Below the pieces are notes generated by a model. The model did not search any database and was not told where the DNA came from. It saw only the letters and a program-made list of their open reading frames with translations. A DNA stretch of 57,510 nucleotides from the NCBI GenBank assembly GCA_947485745.1, contig CANKQY010000006.1, forward strand, positions 1-57,510. The letters are read 5' to 3'. This DNA comes from Bacteroidota bacterium. Its GTDB lineage: Bacteria > Bacteroidota > Bacteroidia > UKL13-3. Both the position numbers and the translations under genes were made by a program. Every line of letters starts with the position of its first letter. Positions within the stretch are counted from its first letter, which is position 1. Below are positions 48,836-57,510 of the stretch, piece after piece.

Positions 48836-50857
48836 ATGCTAATTTTTAATAAAAAACAATACAGCAACGAACTGCTAATTTCCTTATACGAGGCCTTAGT
48901 TAAGCCGAGAATGATTGAGGAGAAAATGCTCATACTTCTTCGTCAGGGTAAGGTAAGCAAGTGGTTTAGCGGCATTGGCCAGGAAGCAATTAGTGTGGGT
49001 TTGGTTCAAGCATTACATGCAGATGAGTATATTTTGCCATTGCATAGAAACTTGGGTGTATTTACAGGAAGAAAAATTCCATTTGCCAAATTATTCTCGC
49101 AATGGCAGGGCAATATGAATGGTTTTTCTAAAGGCAGGGAACGATCTTTTCACTTTGGCACCAATGAATACCATATTGTTGGGATGATTTCTCAATTGGG
49201 TGCCATGTTAGGTGTAGCCGACGGGATTGCATTGGCGAACATACTCAAGGGCGAAAAAAAGGTCACTGTTGTATTCAGTGGAGATGGTGGTGCAAGTGAA
49301 GGGGATTTCCATGAAGCATTGAATACTGCTGCAGTTTGGAGTTTACCGGTTATATTTTTAATTGAAAACAATGGCTATGGTTTGTCTACCCCATCTAATG
49401 AGCAATTCAAATTTAAAAGCTTTACAGATAAAGGCGTAGGTTATGGAATGGAGGCTTATAGTATTGATGGTAATAATATTTTAGACGTTTATGATACCAT
49501 TAATAACCTGAGTGAATCTATCCGCAATAACCCAAGACCAGTGATATTGGAGTGCATGACATTTAGGATGCGCGGACATGAAGAAGCCTCTGGAACTAAA
49601 TATGTACCTCAAGAATTGTTTGAAATTTGGGGCAAAAAAGACCCGGTGAGTAATTATGAAAATTACCTTTTAAATGAAGGAATTCTTACGCAAGAAAAAA
49701 TTGCTGGTATAAGGGAAATCATCAAAAAAGAAATTGATGAAGGTATTGAAACGGTAGAAAATGAAGCAGATATTATTCCTAATACTGCCTTTGAACTAAA
49801 CGACATATACATGCCAGCTAGTGTGGCAGATTCGGTTGCAAATTACCATGAATTGCAACATGTAGTTGTTAAGCCTGCAAGTGAGAATAAAAGCAGGAAA
49901 CGTTATGTAGATGCAATAAGCGACGGACTTAGACAGGCTATGGAAAAACATCCTGAGCTAGTTTTGATGGGACAAGACATTGCAGATTATGGAGGTGTAT
50001 TTAAAATTACCCAAGGCTTTTTGGAACAATTTGGTAAAGGAAGGGTGCGCAATACTCCATTATGCGAATCGGCTATACTTGGCGCAGGCTATGGGCTTGC
50101 CATAAAAGGCATGAAAGCGATGGTAGAAATGCAATTTGCAGATTTTGTGAGTGTTGGGTTCAACCAAATTGTAAATAATTTGGCAAAGAGTTATTACCGC
50201 TGGGGACAAAATGCAGATGTGGTGGTGCGCATGCCAACCGGCGCAGGTGTGGGTGCCGGACCATTCCATTCGCAGAGTAATGAGGCATGGTTTTTCCACG
50301 TACCTGGATTAAAAATTGTTTATCCTGCTAGTCCGGCCGATGCCAAAGGATTGCTTATTGCAGCCATTAATGACCCAAATCCAGTGTTGTTTTTTGAACA
50401 CAAAGTACTTTATAGAATGGTTGAATTGGAAGAAGAAGTATATGATGATTATTATATGCTAGATCTCCATAAAGCGAGATTGGTTCAGGCAGGAAATGAA
50501 ATAAGTATTATTACTTATGGAGCCGGAGTGCACTGGGCCAAAGCTTATGTAAAAGAGCAAGGCATAGATGCCGAAATTATAGATTTACGTTGTTTATTGC
50601 CATGGGATAAGGAAACTGTTGAGGCAAGTGTGAAGAAAACAGGAAAGGCTATTGTATTACATGAAGATACCTTAACAGGCGGTATAGGAGCAGAAATTGC
50701 AGCACATATTGCAGAGCATTGCTTTAGCTTTTTGGATGCACCTGTTAAACGCGTTGGAAGCTTAGATACACCTGTTCCTTTTAACATGGACCTGGAGCAA
50801 AATTTTCTGCCAAAAGAACGTTTCAAATCAGCCTTACAGGAGCTTTTGAGGTTTTAA
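48836..50857 (+). CDS. 2-oxoacid dehydrogenase E1, fused alpha and beta subunits (branched-chain-like)
   Basis: TPP motif GDG...EG..HE..N.A......V....ENN, RMRGH, NTPLCE, EMQFADF, GPFHSQ. Confidence 0.93.
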   Translation: MLIFNKKQYSNELLISLYEALVKPRMIEEKMLILLRQGKVSKWFSGIGQEAISVGLVQALHADEYILPLHRNLGVFTGRKIPFAKLFSQWQGNMNGFSKGRERSFHFGTNEYHIVGMISQLGAMLGVADGIALANILKGEKKVTVVFSGDGGASEGDFHEALNTAAVWSLPVIFLIENNGYGLSTPSNEQFKFKSFTDKGVGYGMEAYSIDGNNILDVYDTINNLSESIRNNPRPVILECMTFRMRGHEEASGTKYVPQELFEIWGKKDPVSNYENYLLNEGILTQEKIAGIREIIKKEIDEGIETVENEADIIPNTAFELNDIYMPASVADSVANYHELQHVVVKPASENKSRKRYVDAISDGLRQAMEKHPELVLMGQDIADYGGVFKITQGFLEQFGKGRVRNTPLCESAILGAGYGLAIKGMKAMVEMQFADFVSVGFNQIVNNLAKSYYRWGQNADVVVRMPTGAGVGAGPFHSQSNEAWFFHVPGLKIVYPASPADAKGLLIAAINDPNPVLFFEHKVLYRMVELEEEVYDDYYMLDLHKARLVQAGNEISIITYGAGVHWAKAYVKEQGIDAEIIDLRCLLPWDKETVEASVKKTGKAIVLHEDTLTGGIGAEIAAHIAEHCFSFLDAPVKRVGSLDTPVPFNMDLEQNFLPKERFKSALQELLRF

Positions 50858-50872
50858 AGATTATTTTTTTAC

Positions 50873-51037
50873 ACAAAGCAACTAAGGAACAATTTTTAAA
50901 AAAATATTTTTTTTAAATACTTTTTTTTTATTGCTTTGGTATTAATAACCCTAAAAAAAAATAGTTGCTTTGTTTCGTGGTAGTAAAAACCTTTCATAAA
51001 AAACAAATAGTTGCTTTGTTTCTTTGTAGTAAAAACC
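50873..51037. repeat. Two 33-bp direct repeats (50959-50991, 51005-51037) and a 12-bp inverted copy (50873-50884)
   Basis: AAATAGTTGCTTTGTTTC(G/T)T(G/T)GTAGTAAAAACC twice; ACAAAGCAACTA inverted. Confidence 0.8.
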
Positions 51038-51040
51038 ATC

Positions 51041-51934
51041 CTACTTAACGATAAATTTATATAGTGTTTCGTTATAGTTTTGGAAGCCGAAGGTGGTGGG
51101 CACCTGCCCGTGGTCTGCGCCTTCAATGCGATGCGCTTCTTTGTAATTACCCCCATGATTTTTATAGACTACCTCGCCATGAGTTTTGATACCTAAGAAA
51201 TTATCTTGGGTACCATGTATCCAACAAAAATCTTGCTTTACTTTCTTTATTTCTTCGGCATTATCTATCTTTAAATTTGTGGTATAAGAAGCAGGCACAT
51301 TGAGACCGGCACCATCAGCGCTCATTACAGCTGCGCTGGCAAAAGGAGCCTCAAGTATTAATTTATGCGGCCTCATGCTGCGAGGGTTTGCGCTTAATTC
51401 TGTTGCCGCAGAAGTACCCATGCTAAAACCATAAATTATCAATCTTTGATCACTTAAGCCTTTACTTTTTAACCATTGCATAGCTGCATCGGCATCGTTG
51501 TATAATCCTTCTTCGGAACTAGGACCATCACTTAAACCATAACCTCTGTAATCAATCATTAGCACACCAAAACGATGCTTACCACCAGTATGTGCAATAA
51601 GCTTGGCACGTTGCCAATAGAAGTCCATGTGCCATTTATTTCCATGGCAATATAAAATAACAGTATCAGTTGCAATTCGGTTCAAATCGCCAATATAAAT
51701 GCCATAAATTTTATAGGATTTAGTATCGCCATTTCCTTTCGAATCCATTGTAAATTGATACATCATACTATCTTGAATTTTATAAGATGCATCCAATTTA
51801 AAATCTTGCTCGCCGGTATAATTGTCCCACTTGTATTCGGTAATCTTTTCGCTAACATTAAACAAATTACTATCTAAGCGCAAACAGGAGGTAAATAGCA
51901 ACAAAAATGAAGTAAAAAACAATACTTTATACAT
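51041..51934 (-). CDS. Alpha/beta hydrolase lipoprotein (ABHD17/Bem46-like); start moved to 51934
   Basis: Lipobox FTSC after MYKV; LYCHGN, DYRGYGLS.G, GFSMG, HG..D, GADH. Confidence 0.88.
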   Translation of the reverse strand: MYKVLFFTSFLLLFTSCLRLDSNLFNVSEKITEYKWDNYTGEQDFKLDASYKIQDSMMYQFTMDSKGNGDTKSYKIYGIYIGDLNRIATDTVILYCHGNKWHMDFYWQRAKLIAHTGGKHRFGVLMIDYRGYGLSDGPSSEEGLYNDADAAMQWLKSKGLSDQRLIIYGFSMGTSAATELSANPRSMRPHKLILEAPFASAAVMSADGAGLNVPASYTTNLKIDNAEEIKKVKQDFCWIHGTQDNFLGIKTHGEVVYKNHGGNYKEAHRIEGADHGQVPTTFGFQNYNETLYKFIVK

Positions 51935-51969
51935 TGAAACCTTAAAGAAAATACCAATTAAAAAAAACA

Positions 51970-51993
51970 CTCTGTGCCTCAGTGACTCGGTGG
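51970..51993. repeat. Octamer triple repeat CTCnGTGn
   Basis: CTCTGTGC CTCAGTGA CTCGGTGG in the true intergenic gap. Confidence 0.6.
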
Positions 51994-52015
51994 CAAATTG
52001 AATTCTCTTAATCAT

Positions 52016-52684
52016 TTAAAACCTCCTTATAAATTGAAAATAAACACCAATAGCACCTTTGTGATTTGGCCCTAAATAATCAACCACATTCGGTTGATTT
52101 TTTACACCTGGTGCTACCCATTTTGATTCGACACCATATATCCATTTTTTTGGCGAATATTGAAATCCAATTTGAGGACTCATGAACCAATTTTTAGATT
52201 GTTCTTCCCCGTGTGGGCGTATTCCGCTTAATTCAAACCAATTACATAAACCTAAATAAAGCAATTTGTTTGAACCAAACTCTTTATGCAAATTCAAATC
52301 TAATTGGGGCCATAATTTTGCTTTCCACTCCCACCTATCCAATGCAAAATTGATAGCTGGGTTGGCACTTAAACCGAGTTTATTTTTGGGATTATGCCAA
52401 AGCTCTCTACAAATTCCTATATCCGTTTGAAAGACACCATAGCTCAATGCAGTAAGGTGCAATGAACCAAATACGGTGGTTTTCTCGCTCATTCCTTTGG
52501 CATAAAATGCACTGGTGTAAGGTATAAAAATAGGCAAGCCCCCGAAATTAATTAATGGTCCACCAATATTAGCCCCTACAGCCTGCTCCCCTTTAGCAAG
52601 TGGCTTTATGATCCTCGAAGGAGCACAGGCAATAAGCAAACTCATTGTTACAATTAAAAGAAATGAACTTCGTATTTGTACCAT
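52016..52684 (-). CDS. Hypothetical lipoprotein, possibly an outer-membrane beta-barrel
   Basis: Lipobox LIAC; amphipathic beta-strand pattern; C-terminal Phe. Confidence 0.65.
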   Translation of the reverse strand: MVQIRSSFLLIVTMSLLIACAPSRIIKPLAKGEQAVGANIGGPLINFGGLPIFIPYTSAFYAKGMSEKTTVFGSLHLTALSYGVFQTDIGICRELWHNPKNKLGLSANPAINFALDRWEWKAKLWPQLDLNLHKEFGSNKLLYLGLCNWFELSGIRPHGEEQSKNWFMSPQIGFQYSPKKWIYGVESKWVAPGVKNQPNVVDYLGPNHKGAIGVYFQFIRRF

Positions 52685-52766
52685 AACCTATATTTATGAA
52701 ATGCAATTTAGCATTAAATTCCTAAAACAGTATTTTTAGCCTATTTTCGTATTGAACCAAAATTAA

Positions 52767-53258
52767 ATGAATAACAACGATATTATACGCAGGCTTAGAT
52801 ACGCATTTGATTACAATGATGCCAAAATGGTAGAAATTTTTGCGCATGCAGGATTTAAAGTTTCAAAGGAACAAATAAATGATTGGCTAAAAAAGGAAGA
52901 TGATTTAGCATACCAGGACATAGTAGACTTACAATTGGCTATTTTTTTAAATGGATTTATCATAGAAAAAAGAGGTAAGAAGGAAGGCGAACTGCCAAAG
53001 CCCGAAAAAAGTTTGAACAACAATGCAATCTTAAGAAAATTAAAAATTGCCCTTAACCTCAAAGATGATGATATCTTGGCTATTTTAAAACTAGCCGATT
53101 TTCAATTTGGCAAACATGAGCTTAGCGCCTTATTTCGTAAGCCAGACCAAGACCAATATAGACCATGCAAAGACCAAATACTCAGAAACTTTTTACAAGG
53201 ATTGCAATTAAAATTTAGGCCAGAAAAAAAAACGCCGAGTGCAATTGAAAAAATGTAG
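52767..53258 (+). CDS. DUF1456 (YehS) family protein
   Basis: NNDI.RRLRY, FLNGFI..KRG, NN.ILRKLKIA, ELSALFRK...Y..C.DQ.LRNFL.GL. Confidence 0.92.
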   Translation: MNNNDIIRRLRYAFDYNDAKMVEIFAHAGFKVSKEQINDWLKKEDDLAYQDIVDLQLAIFLNGFIIEKRGKKEGELPKPEKSLNNNAILRKLKIALNLKDDDILAILKLADFQFGKHELSALFRKPDQDQYRPCKDQILRNFLQGLQLKFRPEKKTPSAIEKM

Positions 53259-53301
53259 ATTAAGAAAACAAAACAACAATACCAAATTGTTAGCTGCTAA
53301 A

Positions 53302-53374
53302 TTTGACCCCTTCGGGGTCACATGTTTGTAGCAGGATAATTAGTCTATAAACATGCGACCCCGAAGGGGTCGAA
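53302..53374. repeat. REPIN-like doublet: 30-bp inverted arms, each with an internal GACCCC/GGGGTC hairpin, and a 13-bp spacer
   Basis: TTTGACCCCTTCGGGGTCACATGTTTGTAG ... CTATAAACATGCGACCCCGAAGGGGTCGAA (3 mismatches). Confidence 0.85.
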
Positions 53375-53476
53375 CAATAATTAAATAGATACTACAACAA
53401 AACTTCAATAGAACTTAATAATAAATCGAACCAATCCTTAAGTTATTCATTATCTTCCTTAATAATTATTTTTATC

Positions 53477-53905
53477 ATGAAAAACTTGGTATTATTAGTA
53501 GCATTTGCATTGGTTTCGAATTTGGTATTTGCCCAAAAGAAACAAAAAATAGAGGTGCCAACTGAAGTTAAAAAAGCATTTGCAACAAGGTTTACTGATG
53601 CAAAAGTTGAGGAATGGCAGAAGGAAGGTGATTATTATGAAGCAGAATTTGAGTTAAACAATATAGAACAATCCGTTTTAATAGATGCCAAAGGCGATAT
53701 ATTGGAGGTTGAAGAAGAAATAAAAGTTAAGCAGTTACCTAGCGCAATATTTACTTATGTAGCTAAGAATTATCCCAAACAAAAAATCAAGGAAGCAGCT
53801 AAAATCACCAATGCGGCTGGCATTATTAGCTATGAAGCAGAAATTAAAAGTAAGGACTTGTTATTTGATGCTGCTGGAAACTTTTTGAAAGAAGACAAAT
53901 TATAA
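53477..53905 (+). CDS. Periplasmic PepSY-like (BLIP-like) protein
   Basis: Signal peptide; two repeats VP..V..AF...F...K..EW and LP.AI..YV..NYP..KI.E; FDA.GNF. Confidence 0.85.
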   Translation: MKNLVLLVAFALVSNLVFAQKKQKIEVPTEVKKAFATRFTDAKVEEWQKEGDYYEAEFELNNIEQSVLIDAKGDILEVEEEIKVKQLPSAIFTYVAKNYPKQKIKEAAKITNAAGIISYEAEIKSKDLLFDAAGNFLKEDKL

Positions 53906-53950
53906 TTGGTTCACTAAAAACAATAAGCCTACTTTTTGAGTTTTCTAATC

Positions 53951-55303
53951 ATGCAAATAAAATCTGTTATTTTTTGGTTTAGGCGTGATTTAAGGCTAAA
54001 CGACAATGCTGGATTATACCATGCTTTGAAATCTGGTTTTCAAGTAATGCCAATTTTTATTTTCGACCAAGATATCTTGGATAAAATTGAAGATAAAACC
54101 GACTTAAGGGTCAACTTCATTCACCAACAAATTGAGCAATTAAATACTGATTTATTAGCGCTTGGTTCAGGCCTAATGGTTAAATATGGCAAGCCATTGG
54201 AGGTTTTTCAGCACTTATTGTTGAACCAAACCGTTGAGGCAATTTACACCAACCATGATTATGAACCTTACGCCATTAATAGAGACCAAAACATTGCTGA
54301 TTTTTTATTGACAAAAGGCGCAAAATTCCATTCATTTAAAGACCAATGTATTTTTGAAAAAGACGAGGTTACCAAAGACGATGGGAAGCCCTATACAGTA
54401 TTCACTCCCTATTCAAAAAAATGGAAAGCAAAGTTAGCTGGCCAAGAAAATTGGAGTTTATCAAATGAGCATATTGCCCAATCTTATTTTATTAAATCTT
54501 ACCATACAGAAAAATATTTCACCAATTTTATTCAAAAATTTCTGTTTGAACCCATACCCAGTTTACAGGCAATGGGATTTGAAAAAGTTGAATTTGAATT
54601 CCCTAAAAAGGAAGTGGCAAGTGGTATTATAAAAAACTATACTGAACAAAGAAATTTCCCCGCAAAGCCCGGTACTAGCCATTTAGGCATACACTTTAGG
54701 TTTGGCACTATTAGCATTAGGGAAAAAGCAAGGAAAGCATTTTCATTGAACGAAACATTTTTAAACGAATTGATTTGGCGCGATTTTTACATGCAAATAT
54801 TGTATCACTTTCCTCATGTGGTAACAGGACCATTTAGACCAGAATACGAAAAAATAATATGGCGTAATAATGAGGTAGAATTTGAAAAATTTTGTGCAGG
54901 AAAAACTGGTTATCCAATTGTAGATGCCGGCATGCGCGAACTTAACACAACTGGTTTTATGCACAACAGAGTTCGCATGATTGTTGCCAGTTTTTTAACC
55001 AAACATTTGTTGATAGATTGGAGATGGGGAGAAGCCTACTTTGCCAATAAATTATTAGATTTTGATTTGAGTGCAAATAACGGAGGATGGCAATGGGCAG
55101 CAGGATGTGGCACAGATGCAGCTCCCTATTTTAGGGTATTTAATCCAACGCTTCAAACAGAAAAATTCGATAAACAATTGGCATACGTAAAAAAATGGGT
55201 ACCAGAGTTTGGTTCGAACCAATACACTGCACCAATAGTAGTGCATGATTTTGCTAGAAAAAGATGTTTAGAGGCTTATAAATCAGCACTCAGCCAAAAA
55301 TAA
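53951..55303 (+). CDS. phrB: Deoxyribodipyrimidine photolyase (class I CPD photolyase/cryptochrome family); likely start 53951
   Basis: WFRRDLRL.DN, ELIWRDFY, G.TGYPIVDAGMR.L..TG.MHNRVRM, N.GGWQW. Confidence 0.93.
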   Translation: MQIKSVIFWFRRDLRLNDNAGLYHALKSGFQVMPIFIFDQDILDKIEDKTDLRVNFIHQQIEQLNTDLLALGSGLMVKYGKPLEVFQHLLLNQTVEAIYTNHDYEPYAINRDQNIADFLLTKGAKFHSFKDQCIFEKDEVTKDDGKPYTVFTPYSKKWKAKLAGQENWSLSNEHIAQSYFIKSYHTEKYFTNFIQKFLFEPIPSLQAMGFEKVEFEFPKKEVASGIIKNYTEQRNFPAKPGTSHLGIHFRFGTISIREKARKAFSLNETFLNELIWRDFYMQILYHFPHVVTGPFRPEYEKIIWRNNEVEFEKFCAGKTGYPIVDAGMRELNTTGFMHNRVRMIVASFLTKHLLIDWRWGEAYFANKLLDFDLSANNGGWQWAAGCGTDAAPYFRVFNPTLQTEKFDKQLAYVKKWVPEFGSNQYTAPIVVHDFARKRCLEAYKSALSQK

Positions 55304-55333
55304 TTCTGAATTCAGAATTTTGAATTCAGAATT
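55302..55333. repeat. AATTCAG-type heptamer tandem/palindrome after the photolyase gene
   Basis: AATTCTG AATTCAG AATTTTG AATTCAG AATT. Confidence 0.7.
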
Positions 55334-55450
55334 ATTTGCTTTTTAATTTTAATTGATTAGTATTGCATACACAATCAACTCCCCCCAAGGATTTATCAGT
55401 AATTAAAAACAAGCCAAACTCCGGTTGATTGATTTATTTAAATCATTTAC

Positions 55451-57238
55451 ATGCACGATCTTACTTCGTTAACATCCATGCTCGTTTCAGAGCTAAAAGA
55501 AATTGCAAAAAATCACAGTGTCAACACAACTGGATTAGACAAACAAGGACTTATTTCGGCCATTATTCAAAACCAATCTGGCAACCCTGCTCCAGCAGAA
55601 GAAGATGGTTCAGCAATTAAGAAAAGAGGTCGCCCAAGGGTTGCCAAAGGCACCATTATTGATGAGCCAATTGTTCATGGTAAGGCGAAAGAAAAAATTA
55701 CTCAAAAGGTAATGGCATTATCACCAATTGTTGAAACCAATGCGCCGGTTGTAGAAAACAATGTACCCATTGTTGAAGAAATAAAAATAGTAGAACCAAT
55801 CATCCAAAATCCTTCTTTTGAAGCTCCGGTAGTTGTTTTGAACCCAATTGTTCCTACCAATACGGAAATTCAACCTGAAAAACGCCCAAATCATCCCAAC
55901 CCTAATCAAAATCAAGATAGGAAGGATAAATGGCGCAATGACAGAAATGACCGCAATGATAATAGAGGTGAAAGGGACGACAGAGGTGAACAAAGGCCTC
56001 AAGATAGAAACGACAATAACCGCAATCAACAAAATCAGCAAAACCAACAGCCAAGGCCACCAAGACCAGAGAATGGTAATAACAACCAAGAGCGCCAACC
56101 AGAAAGAACATCCTACCAAGAATTAGAAGCATTAGTAAGTTCGGAAGGTGTATTAGAAATGATGGCAGATGGTTATGGCTTCTTGCGTTCTTCAGATTAT
56201 AACTACATGCCTTCTCCGGATGATATTTATGTATCACCATCCCAAATAAAACTATTCGGATTAAAAACAGGCGACACTACTTTTGGCACGGTTCGTCCGC
56301 CAAAGGAAGGTGAAAAATATTTTGCCTTGGTTAAAGTAGAATCTATTAATGGAAGAATACCCTCAGAGGTTCGCGACCGTGTTGCCTTTGAACATTTAAC
56401 ACCACTTTTCCCTGATGAAAAATTAAGATTAGCAGATAATTCAAGCAATTATTCAACACGTATAATTGATCTTTTAGCACCTATAGGAAAAGGTCAGCGT
56501 GGCTTAATTGTGGCACAACCTAAAACAGGTAAAACAATTTTACTAAAAGACATTGCCAATGCCATTGCCAAAAATCATCCTGAAGTATATTTATTGATTT
56601 TATTGATTGATGAAAGACCAGAAGAGGTTACAGATATGCAGCGTAGTGTGCGCGCAGAAGTGGTGGCTTCTACCTTTGACGAACCTGCCGAAAAGCATGT
56701 AAAATTAGCCAATATTGTTTTAGAAAAAGCCAAGCGTTTGGTTGAATGTGGTCATGATGTGGTGATACTACTAGATTCTATTACACGCATGGCTAGGGCA
56801 TTTAATACTGCGCAGCCAGCCTCTGGAAAAATACTTTCGGGTGGTGTTGATGCCAACGCATTGCACAAGCCAAAAAGATTCTTTGGTGCAGCCCGTAAAA
56901 TTGAAGATGGCGGATCATTAACCATCATTGCAACTGCCCTTACTGAAACAGGTTCAAAAATGGATGAGGTAATTTTTGAAGAATTTAAAGGAACAGGAAA
57001 CATGGAATTGCAATTGGATAGAAAGTTAGCCAACAAACGCATTTTCCCTGCAATAGACATTGTTTCATCAAGTACTAGAAGAGATGACTTATTACTCGAA
57101 AAAACCGCCTTACAGCGCATTTGGGTGCTCAGAAATCACTTAGCAGATATGAACCCTGAAGAGGCCATGGATGTAATGTTAAAAAACATGCGCTCAACGA
57201 AGAACAACGAAGAGTTTTTGGCCTCGATGAACGGGTAA
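55451..57238 (+). CDS. rho: Transcription termination factor Rho with a long N-terminal insert
   Basis: [51 protein letters not shown]. Confidence 0.99.
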   Translation: MHDLTSLTSMLVSELKEIAKNHSVNTTGLDKQGLISAIIQNQSGNPAPAEEDGSAIKKRGRPRVAKGTIIDEPIVHGKAKEKITQKVMALSPIVETNAPVVENNVPIVEEIKIVEPIIQNPSFEAPVVVLNPIVPTNTEIQPEKRPNHPNPNQNQDRKDKWRNDRNDRNDNRGERDDRGEQRPQDRNDNNRNQQNQQNQQPRPPRPENGNNNQERQPERTSYQELEALVSSEGVLEMMADGYGFLRSSDYNYMPSPDDIYVSPSQIKLFGLKTGDTTFGTVRPPKEGEKYFALVKVESINGRIPSEVRDRVAFEHLTPLFPDEKLRLADNSSNYSTRIIDLLAPIGKGQRGLIVAQPKTGKTILLKDIANAIAKNHPEVYLLILLIDERPEEVTDMQRSVRAEVVASTFDEPAEKHVKLANIVLEKAKRLVECGHDVVILLDSITRMARAFNTAQPASGKILSGGVDANALHKPKRFFGAARKIEDGGSLTIIATALTETGSKMDEVIFEEFKGTGNMELQLDRKLANKRIFPAIDIVSSSTRRDDLLLEKTALQRIWVLRNHLADMNPEEAMDVMLKNMRSTKNNEEFLASMNG

Positions 57239-57291
57239 AGAGGGAGACTTGGAAAAGGGGAAACTTGGAGAAGAGGTGAGAAAATATAAAG

Positions 57292-57325
57292 CATAAAAAA
57301 AGTGGGCTAGCCCACTTTTTTTATG
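57292..57325 (+). terminator. Intrinsic terminator after rho; perfect 34-bp palindrome
   Basis: CATAAAAAAAGTGGGCT|AGCCCACTTTTTTTATG. Confidence 0.85.
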
Positions 57326-57372
57326 TCTCGTATATAATTTGTTTTCTTCTTCTCCACATCTTCCCTTTAAAC

Positions 57373-57510
57373 ATAATTTCGTTTCCATCCCGGGTGAGGG
57401 CGAAATATTTTTCGCCCCTACGATAAATCACATAATCTCCACATCACCAAATCTCCCCTTCAAAAATAATTTCCTTTCCATCCCGGGTGAGGGCGAAATA
57501 TTTTTCGCCC
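57373..57510 (-). repeat. GTAG-tagged REP within about 45-bp direct repeats (93-bp period), truncated by the window end
   Basis: GGGCGAAATATTTTTCGCCCCTAC (57398-57421) reads GTAGGGGCGAAAAATATTTCGCCC on the minus strand; second copy at 57491-57510. Confidence 0.85.

Noticed and set aside
50896-51156. 86-aa ORF on the minus strand
   Set aside because: It overlaps the hydrolase gene in another frame and runs through repeats and poly-A/T tracts
51935-52015. N-terminal 27 aa of the 324-aa ORF
   Set aside because: A lipoprotein signal begins at Met 51934; the extension merely translates an intergenic repeat
55721-56240. Overlapping alternative-frame and antisense ORFs within rho
   Set aside because: By-products of the low-complexity insert; no independent coding signal
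57373-57510. 45-bp repeat with a 48-bp gap as a type II/VI CRISPR start
   Set aside because: The unit has the GTAG-REP hairpin signature and the gap partly repeats upstream sequence (TCTCCACATC); only two copies are visible, so it cannot be fully excluded without the next window

Overview
A 57.5 kb, AT-rich, gene-dense chromosomal segment from a Bacteroidota bacterium. The assignment rests on TAnnTTTG -7 promoters, a split atp operon lacking atpD/atpC, T9SS components and cargo, and a Rho with a long disordered insert. Most of the window is housekeeping: a cyclophilin, atpZ/I-atpBEFHAG, bactofilin, sprE/porW, PBP1A, recO, ruvC, HIT, greA, mgtE, rsmA, pepA, pdxA, yceD-rpmF-plsX-fabH-accBC, ahcY, a fused 2-oxoacid dehydrogenase E1, photolyase and rho. 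I found no rRNA, tRNA, CRISPR array, transposase or prophage gene. Two uncharacterised modules stand out. (1) A 9 kb three-gene operon (21981-30961) encodes a SusD-less TonB-dependent receptor, a 1331-aa secreted protein with an atypical T9SS-like C-terminal domain, and a PorV-family barrel; it may be an uptake machine whose surface partner is T9SS-delivered. (2) A redoxin gene overlaps a lipoprotein gene (43512-45415) that fuses a c-type cytochrome to a PHM/dopamine-beta-hydroxylase-like domain with candidates for all six copper ligands. Intergenic spaces carry at least five distinct families of short palindromic or tandem repeats, one with stem covariation. All product calls come from motif recognition by eye; no database searches were run.
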